Assembly: GCA_013265495.1 (NCBI GenBank)
Contig: MU058423.1
Location: 1,439,061 to 1,503,060 of the forward strand
Reading direction: 5' to 3'
Length of the DNA: 64,000 nt
Source: Vicugna vicugna
Taxonomy: Eukaryota
The stretch's first letter is position 1, and every line of letters starts with the position of its first letter. This document shows, in pieces, positions 54,002 to 64,000 of this stretch. The position numbers and the translations under genes are program-made. The notes under the pieces were generated by a model. The model made no database searches, was not told the origin of the DNA, and worked only from the letters and a program-made list of their open reading frames with translations.

Positions 54002-54120
54002 GGGGGAGGGTATAGATCAAGTGGTAGAGTGCCTGCTTAGCATGCAGGAGATCCTAGGTTCAATCCCCAGTACCCTCCTCTAAAATAAATAAATAAACCA
54101 ATTATCACCCCCACAAAAAA
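54002..54120 (+). mobile_element. tRNA-derived SINE, Vic-1-like (camelid)
   Basis: gggggagggtatagatcaagtggtagag (A box) ... ggttcaatcccc (B box); A-rich tail; TSD taaag(g/a)actctt 53988-53999 / 54121-54132. Confidence 0.88.
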
Positions 54121-54261
54121 TAAAGAACTCTTCTGTTTAACGGCCAAAGAAGGGATAAATCTTCAAATCGAGAGTGAAGACATAATAATGCTGCTGAGTA
54201 AAGATTTGAACAAATGCAATAAACAGCATTAACTGCAACAGCTGAATGAGTTGTTTAATGA

Positions 54262-54656
54262 GCACAGTGGGTGCTATGATGACTCTCCCAGACCTCCCTT
54301 GAGAAATGAAGGTCTTATCCCACCAGTTACTGGGAGTGCTGCCTGCAGACATGCCTCAGCTATCAGCTTCTTGAGTAATTGCCTCAGCTAAGGAGATCCT
54401 CCTTGCCTAAGGTCAGACACCCCTCTTTGGCAATCCTGCATATCATTGGGGAAAACTTCAAAAGTTCATCTTAATTTTAGAGCTGTGTGTGCGATAGTCT
54501 AAGGCCTTTGTTGACACTGGGCATCACAACGTAACTTCACCCTCTGCCCAATTCTGCTTCCTTTTCTTCCCTTCACAGATAATGATCCCTAATAAACCTT
54601 CTGCATACCAAAGTCCATCGCAAGAGTCTGCTTCCCAGGGAACCTAATCTATGACA
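54262..54656 (+). mobile_element. ERVL solo LTR (LTR16A-like)
   Basis: ccctctgcccaattctgcttcc..ccctaataaac..gagtctgcttcccagggaacctaatctatgaca is a typical LTR16 end. Confidence 0.75.
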
Positions 54657-56189
54657 GTAAGTTTCATTTATAAGAAGTTGTTAATGGATATGAGAAGTCA
54701 AACTGCGAAAGAAAGAAATAGTGAGAAAACGGGAACAAGCCAAAAATGGGCAACTCGTTAAAGTCATTTTTGCTTTCACAAATAGGATGATGACCAAAAC
54801 CAAGACAGTATAAAGGGCTTACCATTCTGCCCGCTCTGTAGTAATACGGGAGATATTTGACTGAAAGATAGATGCCAGTTACACATACAGGATTCGATAT
54901 CGTTAAAATTAACCTTTAACAAAGAGTGAACAGTAGTTAAAATATTACTTTCTGTTAATGTATCAGGCATTAAGGTCTTTCATCTATATTGGCTCATTAA
55001 GGAGTTTGGAGAATAAGTAAGCAGGATTTTTAAAAGAACAAAATAAACTTTTAAATTGGCTATCTTATATCAATCTAAATTTTAACAGTACGCGTCAGTT
55101 TACTTTTTACTGCTTATAGCTGATAAATCTGGATCTTCTAAACCACTCTTTCCACAGCTTCCTTGGAGCCTCAGCTGAACTAGGCTGTCCCTCATGCCAG
55201 AGACCTAACTTGTTTTTCGGGTAAGTGATTTAACAGCAGGAATCAAGAGACTTCTGAAAAGTTTTTTCTCTGGAAATCCAAATAAAGATGCCAAAAAGTA
55301 CATTTATACGTGGAATGAAACTTTTAGAGAATAAACTAATTATAAGACAATAACAATTTCGAGCGAGGCATGAGCGTGGGGTGGCGGGAGCTGTTAGTTA
55401 AAGTCTCCAGGAAAAGCTTCACGAAGAGGAAAAAAAACGAGAAACCCTCAGGAAGTAGTAATAACACAAAGGCTCGCCACAGGCAGGCGTCTAAAATTTT
55501 CTCAAGTCAGGAATGCTTACGACTCCAAAAGATCCCGCCGATGTCTTTTAAAACACTGGCGGGGCAGGAAAACTTACACTAGCGGCGAACGAAAGGCAGA
55601 AAATTTGCGATTGACCCCGGAAACATTTTATTTTGCGTAGATATCTGAAGAATTTTCCTCTGCGATTCGTTACTTGATCCGGAAGAAGAGACAGCAAGCA
55701 TCACCTATGATTGGACTGTAGCATAAGGGCGGGGCTTTAGCGAGCCAGTCACCTAGGCAACCGGATATGACGATTCCGGAAGGTGCCGGGCTGAGCTTTC
55801 CTCGGGCAAGCGGCTTCTGTGGGCGGGGTCCACCGATCCTGCCTGGCTTGGTCTTCACCACTGATCCGGCTCCGGTAGGGGCGGTGCCACTAAGGGCCAC
55901 GCCTCCCGCGCTGATTCCGGATGACTGGAGCGACGGCCTACGCTCTGAGGGGGCGGGGACTGGAACCTGCTGCTGTTTCGGAGGCTAGGGCTGCAGCCGC
56001 CCCGTCAGCCGCTCCGATTCTTCCTGTTTCTGGTGGCTGCGCCGCCTCCCTCTGAAGCCTGAGGATACGCCCTCCCGAGACCGCGTCGAATCCCTCGTAG
56101 TTGCTCCAGGGCAACTCCAGCCCAACATTCTCTCGCTCTGGTTCTCGCCCCTTGGAGGACCTCGGCCCCTATACTCCCCGCTTTCCTGG

Positions 56190-56216
56190 ATGTACTGCCC
56201 CCTCCCACCTGTCTAA
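56190..56216 (+). other. Candidate uORF (MYCPLPPV*) in the LRIF1 5'UTR
   Basis: ATG 56190, TAA 56214-56216; out of frame with the main ATG at 56218. Confidence 0.5.
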
Positions 56217-56217
56217 A

Positions 56218-56285
56218 ATGTCCAATAACCTACAGAGGGTCTTCCTGAAACCTGCAGAGGAAAAGTCAGGCAGCGCCTCGCATTG
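56218..56285 (+). CDS. LRIF1: LRIF1 (ligand-dependent nuclear receptor-interacting factor 1 / HBiX1), coding part of exon 1
   Basis: MSNNLQRVFLKPAEEKSGSASH+TG matches the recalled human N-terminus MSNNLRRVFLKPAEENSGNASRC; canonical donor TG|gtaagt at 56286 (phase 2); lies in a CpG island. Confidence 0.92.
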
Positions 56286-57244
56286 GTAAGTACCGGTTTC
56301 GAATCTCCCTCGACACAACCCGCCCCTCGCCCGTCTCTTAGCAGGAAGTCGAATCGGCCGTCGTTTCCTGACGTTCTGCAGTTCAGACGCGAGTGGGTGA
56401 GCACTCCAGGGGAAGGGCGCGGCACTTCGGCATTTAGAGCCCTAGCGCGCTTCCCTCTTGGAAACGTAAAACCTCAGGGCCTGACGCAGTCAGCCTCTGC
56501 CCTTGCTCCGCAGGACTCCAGCGTCTGAAGTTTCATAGGCTGACAGAGTAGATCTCCACGGGAGAGGAAAAGCAACATGGCGGGCGCGTCTGTGTGACCA
56601 AAACCTTCTGGAAGATTCTCGCGCACTCGCAGAAAGACACGCAGCAAGCAGCGCGGATTATTAGCAAGTGCAGCTCAGGTGGCGCTGGATCTTCAGTGAA
56701 AATAGCTATAATTTAAGAGATTTGGGAGGAAAAGACACGTTTTTGTTGTAATTGATGAGTACATGAATATAGAAACAAAAACTGTCCTGGAATAAGAGAA
56801 AAGGAGTTTTTTTTTAATTTAGAGTAATATTTTTATTTGAAGATAAGAAAAGTAAAAATAGAAGAATTATGTAAAATCAATCCGTTGTAACAGCGTATTT
56901 GAAGCAGGTGTAATGAGAGTGCTGCCTCGAATTGGATGTATATGCCGAGGAACTACATTTGACAGGTGGAGATTCCAGTATTTTTTGGAAAGACTTATTT
57001 TTAAGCTTAGACGATAGTTTATCACTCAGTAGATTTTTTTAAAGCTTGTATTAAGACGAAATAAAACAGGAACAAAATTGTTAGTTAAGGTAGAGTATTT
57101 TAAGTTGTACTCTCCATAGTTTGTGAATATAAAAGTGGTGAGAAAAAAAAAGTTAATGGGTCTCTGCAGAAGGAAAATATGAAGAAGAGATTATGGAAGT
57201 GGATATTTAAAAATTAAGAAAGAGCATTTATGCTTGAAGAAAAT

Positions 57245-57428
57245 CAGGCTCCCTGGTTTTAATCCTAAATTTGTAATAACAAAAAAATCTGTGAGACCAA
57301 GTGACCTGGTTTCCAGTGTGTAAATAAGAGCACTTAAGAGATATTTTAAGTACTAAATGAATTAATATACTAAAATACTTAGTATACGAAAATGGAAAAG
57401 CATTATTTAAATGTTAGCTATTATTATA
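57245..57428 (+). mobile_element. MIR fragment
   Basis: cctggttttaatcc...taaatgttagctattatta terminus. Confidence 0.55.
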
Positions 57429-58659
57429 AGATACAACTTTACTTCTGTACAAATTTTAGCCCAGGAAGTAGGTAGTTACGAGTAGATACAAAACCTAATT
57501 GTAATAAATACTTTGTTAAAAAGCACGCATAATATTCTGAAAAGAAATAGTCACCAGAAGTGGTGAGCTAAAAATATATTGAAGAACTGCCAAGAAAGAG
57601 TTGATTTCAAATGGTAACAAGAACCAGCTTTTGTGTATGTATATATTTTTGGCTTATTTTTGGTGAAAGTTGAGGGTAAGGGTGGGGGTGAGGGTGGGGG
57701 GGAGGCAGAGACTGCCCTGTATAGTTATGCAAAAATAGAATTACTCTTTAATGATGGTTCATTTCTTCTGTCTTATTTTAGTACCTGGATATTTGATGAC
57801 ATCTACTTTACCCAAATCTAACACAGTTTGTTTCAGGATTGCATTCTTTTTCAATATCAGAAATCAGAAACCTTACATTTTTATTTATGGTATATTTGAA
57901 CTATATTATCCAGCTTCAGATCCTTTTGACTATCTCTATATTTTTTAAAACATTATAAATTGAATTGTGTTTTAGTTGTATTCATCAATAATGAGTTCAC
58001 TAACTCATTGGTTTATGCATTGTTTTCATCATCTTTGAATGCATTTATTTCTTCAAATCCCTGAGGTTTTAAATCACATATTTGGGTTACCAGATGTCTT
58101 TCTGAAGCTATTTGGCACTTACTTTGGTTATTGGTTTCATATTTGGTTCTATTCTGTTTTGCGAGTAACAGTCTGCATGACGTCCAAGTAAACTTTTGTA
58201 GATCATTGGGTTAATGTCAGCTCGTTCGTTTATTGGAAGGTTAATTTTCTTATTTTTTTCTGGTAATATTTTTTGATGGTACTAAGTCATTTATTTTCTT
58301 CATAACCTTAAAATGACTAAATGATTTTCTTATTTTCTGTAGATACTTGAGTTTTTCTTGAGTTATTTATTTCCTTTTTTAAAATTTCTCAGTAATGTGT
58401 TGCAGAATGCTTATTGTTTAGAAGTATCCCTTACTTCATCAGAGCATAAAATGTAAAACCCAAATTTAATCTTATAGTACAAAGGAAAAATCTGGAAGAT
58501 ATTTGTGACAGTAGGCATTAAGTTTATTTAGATTTGGGCTTTATATGCAAAGAACAAAGTAGGAGTCAGAATGCGACAGTAGAAAGAAGATAGAGTTAAA
58601 GAGATCTAGGTTCATATGCTAGTTCACCATTTATTATCAGTATAGTTCAAACAATTGGT

Positions 58660-59460
58660 TAAAAAATGTTCACTGAGTGCCTACTTTATGATAGACTGTG
58701 CTAAATGGAGAGACTTACTCCATTTAGGATATGGGCAAAGCCCATGAAAAACCTTCAAGTCTAGAGGGAAATATGATACAGTACACTTTTTCATAGTATT
58801 ATGCATAGGATGATGCTTTGAGGGCATAGAGAAAGGGAATTCTAGGAAAGGTTTCTGGAAGGGCTGAGTTGGGGAATGTAAGTATTAGCCATCCAATTAA
58901 AGATGATACAGGCTATGCCCAGGCAGACGGAATTGATAAATAAAGCACCAGTATGACGTATTACTAGTAATTGGTGTTTATTTAATACCATACTACTAGC
59001 AGGATAGATAAATAGTTTTTAAGGATTTGCTAAAGAGGTTAGACTTCATCTGTTGGAGATCCTTCAGAGGATTTTAGGAAAAGAACTATCATGGTCAGAT
59101 GTCATTTTAGGTAACTGATGTCAGTGTGGATTTGGGGGTGAGGGATCGGGCATATTAAAGATTCTATTTCAGTTGTCCTTTTAGAGATTCTGAGAGTCTG
59201 CACTAGCTGATATAGAATGGGTTGGATTCAAAGAAATATAGAGGGGAAAATAGGCAGACCTGGTCAGTGAATTGGCATGAAGAAAAGGGGATCAATTATG
59301 ATGCCAATTTTCTGGTAGATATTGGTAAGTTAATTTGAGATGAGGAACACACCAAGAAAGCAATCAGAGAGATATTTGAATTTGGAACTCAGGCAGGGTC
59401 AGAGCTGGAAATTAGAGACTTCTGAGTCATCAGCTTGGAGGTATGATAATAAAAGCCTGT
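58660..59460 (-). mobile_element. LINE-2 3' fragment
   Basis: aaatgttcactgagtgcctact..actgtgcta L2 tail motif; tcagagctggaaattagagacttctgagtcatcagc. Confidence 0.7.
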
Positions 59461-60374
59461 GATGATACATCTTACAGTAACAGCAATTAGGATGTCATGT
59501 GATTGGCAGTTGGCTTCTATCCGCCTTTGACCCTTTGTTCTTAATTAGGGAGCTAAAATGAGTGTCCTCAGCAGGGGGCTTGGTTTGATTAGAAAGATTC
59601 TATTTCATTGTCAGTTCAGTGTGCCTTTATTAGTTTTGTTTAGTTTTCTACAGTGTAAGTGTTTTTATCTTTACTTTTGTGATTTGTGTGTGTGAGAGAG
59701 AGAAAGAGAGACACACATACCATACAGGCTAACTGAAATCTGTTTCTTACTTATTTCTCCGTTCATGCATGAATATTTTGGGACCCTGTTATGCTGGGGT
59801 TATGTTAAAGTAAATACAGAAAAGTGGATGGGATTGCCCAAGACAGCATGTCATTCTAAATAAGTAATTTAATATTACTGAACTTAAATTTTCTCAACTA
59901 TAAAATGGAAATGGCAGAACCTACCTTGCTGGACTGCTTATTATGACAATTATTTATAAAAGCATATCTATATAGTGTTATAAGATATATCTTATCATAT
60001 ATCCTGTTACATTATGTACTTGCATATACTATGTATGTACATAATGTTAAATCATAGAGAGTAAGATGGAAAAAGGTCTCCTAGCAGTTGAAAAATATAT
60101 TTTGCAAAATTATCTACAAAATGTTCATTAACCTGCAAGATTTTTATCATTCCATATTCTAATCTGTGAATGCTTCATGTAAAAATTAGAATAGTGAAAA
60201 ATGTCAGAAGTTACATAACATTATAAGTATGTTTAATGTATCTTTTATTAAGGTTCTCACATTTTCAAAAGATTACATGATTCATTTATTTACTTGTTCT
60301 TGGGCACCAATTATATAGTTTAATGGAAGATGACATCTAGCATATATTGGGAGTTTACTATAATCCCAGCCAGT

Positions 60375-60510
60375 TATTTCATTTACTTCTCATAGCAAGT
60401 CTTATTGTTCCCATTTTACAAATGAAGAGTCAAAGAGGTTAAGTAAATTTACCAAAGTCAATCAACTAATAATTGGAAGGGCCAGGATTAGAAGCCCATA
60501 ATCTTTCTAA
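60375..60510 (-). mobile_element. MIR fragment
   Basis: cccattttacaaatgaagagtcaaagaggttaagtaaatttaccaaagtca core. Confidence 0.75.
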
Positions 60511-61424
60511 TGTTTTCCTCTGTTCTCTTTTAAAGCCTTAAACTGTGTTATTTTCCCATTGTAATTTCTCAGTCAGATCCTAGCTGTTTTAAAGTAATTA
60601 ACATGTTGATTATTCTTAAGTGATGTACTAGAGCATAGGATGCAGAATCTGGTTCTAGATTTAGTTCTAATTTTGGCTAACAGAATATGGTCTTTAAGAA
60701 AACAGATTCTTTATAGGGTTTTAGTATCTTAAATGGGAGGTTGGTCTCTTCTAGATCGGAAAAAAAATGTATATTGATTGAAGAAATGTGAACTTCACCC
60801 TGATTTATCACTTCTCTCCTTAGCATTCTGCATTTCAGTTTAACTTTTAGAATTCATTTCATTTGTTACTAAGAAATCATGGATTTTTAAAAATTATAGC
60901 TTGTGGGATTCAGTTCAGCTAATATTATTGTCTTCTATGTGCCAGTTGCTCTGTTAGGTGTGGAGAATATAAGTATGAATAGGATAACACACTCTTAAGG
61001 ATTTTATGGTCTCTGGTAGATTATATGAATCTTGACTGATATATTCACATAGAAGAAACTGTATTTTCTTCCCCTTTTTAGAGGGGAAATGGGAGGAGAA
61101 GAGAGAGAATATCTGATTAGATTTGAAAATAGTTTGTGCAATATAAATGTTTTTTATAAAGCGGAAATATAGCAGCCAAATAATAAAGTATGTGAATGAA
61201 GTATCAGAAGCGTGTGTGATTTGTTAAAATACAATGCCAATTAAAATGTGCTTGCCCTGCTCAAATAATTATAAAAGCATGGGTCTTGTTTGTTGAAGCA
61301 TCTATTGTTAGCCAGCTGTTACTGACAAATGAAGTACATAAACTAAATGAGACTAAATAATAAAAGGTATTGAGACAGTTCAATATTTGAAATATTTGTT
61401 TTGTTTGAAAGAGCTGCATTATTT

Positions 61425-62870
61425 TTTATATAATTTTTGAGGGCCTACTATGCTTGATATTGGATGAACAGTTACAAAATCAATGATATGGTTTCTAACC
61501 TTGAAGAGTTTCAATCTCATTGAGGAAAGCAATACTTTATTCATCTTTAAAAATTAGCTAACAGATCAAAGGCAATACAGAAAGGCAATATAGAAGGCAA
61601 TATTTAACTCCTAGCATTAATGGCACCAATGGGAGTGCTTTAGGGATTCCAGGTTGGAAGAAATTAATGTGAGTTTGAGTGACTAGCATACATTCCAGGG
61701 AGAAGATGGATTGATTCTCAATTTACAACTATGTTTTAAATTATTAGAGAAGAAAAAAAAAACCTTGAAGAATACTTAGAGTAAATAGTGTACATAGGAA
61801 TCCAGAATAGCAGAGACCTCTCTGGTAAGACCAGAGATTTTATGTTGAGAAGTTATAGGTGGTACTGTTGTAGAGGTTGGTTAAGGCTAGTTTGTAGATG
61901 ATTTTCGTGTCAAGCTGAATTGGCAATGATGAATTATTGAACTTTGAGCAAAGAGGATGAAAATAATTATTTAGTTTGACAGAAATATATAGTTATAATA
62001 GCGATAGTCAGAAAAACTAGTTTAAAAGTTAGAACCAAATGTGGGGATGAGATAATGAGGACTAGACACGGTGATGCAGGTCTGATCTAGGTAGTGGAAG
62101 TGGCAATGGTCAAGAAAGAGAACGAGTAAGAACTGTAAAAGGGGAAAAAAGCTTTATAGAATCAATAATCCAATCAGTACACATTTATTGAATGTTTACC
62201 CTTTGTAAACATCTATATAAGGTATTGTGGGTGAATCAAAGGTGAATATGGAGGGTGGTAAAGATAGAGATGATTAGATGTTTTAAGACCCAAGTGACTT
62301 GGAATATAGTGCTGACACATGACTGGATGGTAAGATAGAGTACTAGTTTCTAGTAGAGAGTAATTTTATCTTTAAAGTATTAAAAGTGAAAATATTTGAT
62401 CAGACATCACAGATGTAGAACTGAGGCCAATATTAGGGGTAAGGAATAAAGGGATAATGACTGTGAGAGTCATTATTGCAAAGGAGATAGTTGCAGGTAA
62501 TAGCTGAAGCCTTCAACATTGGTACAGTCTTTAAGGAAGAATGTCTTGAACGCAAAACAGGGTCAAGAAAGTGCTTTAGGGAGTAGTCATAGTTGGATGC
62601 TTAAAATGCAGAAAATGAATAAGAAAGGGAATATTAAGAATGACAAAAGAAACATTGCACACAATGGAACTCATGATAGGAAGAAGTTCAAGATGGAGGG
62701 ATAATTAGCTAGCTGTGCCTATTTCAGCCAAGTACCTTAGGGAATGAGGATAGAGTAAAGCCAGGTTTAACTATGAGGATGTTTTTGGTAATCTTTGAGA
62801 ATAAGGTAGAGTAGAATAATGGGAAAGAAAATAGATTGTAGAAAAGAGTGGGTTTCAAGACAACTTTCTG
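61425..62870 (-). mobile_element. LINE-2 fragments
   Basis: tttttgagggcctactatg; acatttattgaatgtttac; purine-rich L2 body. Confidence 0.6.
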
Positions 62871-62879
62871 GTACATCAG

Positions 62880-64000
62880 TGACCAGAAGTTGGTAAATGG
62901 TCCTCATTGTGGTTCATTAATACCATCTACTAACTTCCTGTCACTGAACTTGGCACTCACAAGTCAATCTTCTCTCTAATCCTACATGACTTCTCTCTAA
63001 TCCTACATATGGATAACCTCTTTGTTACCTGGTCTTTCAGTACAAAGATCTTTTTTTCCAGTTTATTTTCCATTGTATCACCAGCTAGTCACTTCTGTAG
63101 TTCTTATTATCAGATGAAATTGCTGCATCTACAAAGTTCTTGATTCAGACATCCTTCTTTCCAAACACCAGTTCCTATATTTCTAGCTTAGTTGTTTAAG
63201 TACTCCCACTCTGTTTTTTACCTTTATCTGGCCTTTCAGTCCATTCCCTTTATTTTCTCCCTATTTTAGCCTTTTATGTTCTCATTTCCATCCCATCTAG
63301 TATAGATTTTGTATTTCATCATTTGATCATTTTTTCAATACCCTAAAATCTTTTGTTCCTCTTTGATTTTTGTTATACTCTTCTGAAGACACCCCAACCC
63401 TGGATGAACTCATTGACTTACTTTCTCTTTGCCTATACCTGATGAAACAAGGGAAATCTCCCAAGAGCAGAGATTGATATCACTATAAATTTATAATCAT
63501 TACCAATCTCCCTGGGCAATCAGTGCTGCCTGATGAATCTAATATTTTATGAGGTCAGCTTATTTTCTCACAAAAGCTATTTCAAATCTTATGGATTTTC
63601 CTCAAGTCTCTTCCTCTTTTTGCTCCTCTTCTTAGCAGATGATGTCATGTCCTTTTTCACAGCTCAGATAAAAGGTACTAGATCAGAATTAACCTTCTAG
63701 CACCAAAGCTTTAAATTGATCTGCAGATGTACCTAACCTCTCTTCCAGTTCCAGTGAAGAGAAATATTTCATCAGCTCTCTTTATGATGCAATCTCCACC
63801 TGTCTTCTGGTCCCAATTTCCTACCTCCTTTTCAAACTTTACATTATTAATTATCCCTCTTTCTCCTTTATTAACAGTCTCTTCCTCTTGATGACTAACA
63901 TGAGCATTTATGCTCTGGTTCACCTAACATTAAAAACAAGAAAAAAGAAAGATATTTTCTTTGACCCCATTTAACCTCCAACTATTTACCAGTTTTTCTC
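62880..64000 (+). mobile_element. LINE-2 internal (ORF2) fragment
   Basis: Pyrimidine-rich; accccaaccctggatgaac (PQPWMN) and cactataaattta motifs typical of L2. Confidence 0.6.
62969..63008. repeat. 21-bp-period tandem duplication (cttctctctaatcctacat x2)
   Basis: Direct reading. Confidence 0.9.

Larger units (their letters stand above)
55360..56690 (+). promoter_or_regulatory. LRIF1: CpG island / LRIF1 promoter
   Basis: Abrupt CpG/GC enrichment; ETS ccggaag 55679-55685 and 55776-55782; inverted CCAAT 55710-55714; GC boxes 55727-55735, 55821-55828, 55949-55960; RFX X-box 55748-55761; YY1-like aacatggcgg 56574-56583. Confidence 0.88.
56286..64000 (+). other. LRIF1: LRIF1 intron 1 (exon 2 not found in window)
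   Basis: No segment encoding the expected continuation (..VSGCMYQVVQ..) seen; only ancient repeats. Confidence 0.75.

Noticed and set aside
54002..54075. tRNA gene
   Set aside because: A/B boxes present but followed by an A-rich tail and TSD, so it is a SINE.
56101..56289. 62-aa ORF as the full CDS or an N-terminal extension
   Set aside because: Starts at TTG and runs through the splice donor; homology to LRIF1 begins at ATG 56218.
55370..56528. Other CpG-island ORFs on both strands (divergent gene?)
   Set aside because: No recognisable homology; typical by-product of high GC.
57826..57850. tgtttcagg as start of LRIF1 exon 2
   Set aside because: Downstream sequence does not encode the expected CMYQVVQ continuation.
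1..64000. CRISPR arrays, operons or other prokaryotic systems
   Set aside because: Sequence is mammalian; recurring segments are dispersed L1 3' ends, not repeat-spacer arrays.

Overview
Mammalian genomic DNA, most likely camelid (a Vic-1-type tRNA-derived SINE at 54002-54120 and young L1s resembling the camelid L1-1_Vpa type; species is inferred). About 54 kb (1-54.7 kb) is almost continuous dead retroelement sequence: nested LINE-1 copies of several ages, including one full-length minus-strand copy (38328-46063), plus ERVL/MLT2/MaLR remnants. A CpG-island promoter follows (~55.4-56.7 kb) with coding exon 1 of LRIF1 (ATG 56218, MSNNLQRVFLKPAEEKSGSASH-C, donor gtaagt at 56286), then L2/MIR-rich intron 1 to the window end. 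Nearly all ORF-track entries are broken L1 ORF1/ORF2 pieces or their antisense shadows. I see no new protein-coding system. The most interesting signals are structural. (1) A ~400 bp composite flank from 18.1-18.5 kb is copied, inverted, into ORF2 of the full-length L1 22 kb away, exactly at the homology boundary. (2) Neighbouring L1 copies share premature stops in a mosaic pattern, suggesting local gene conversion. (3) An L1/LTR-like chimera was retrotransposed as one unit with a 23-bp TSD. (4) A 5'-intact, 3'-truncated L1 has a TSD. (5) An 8-codon uORF ends 1 nt before the LRIF1 start. Repeat family names come from recalled consensus features, not from a search.
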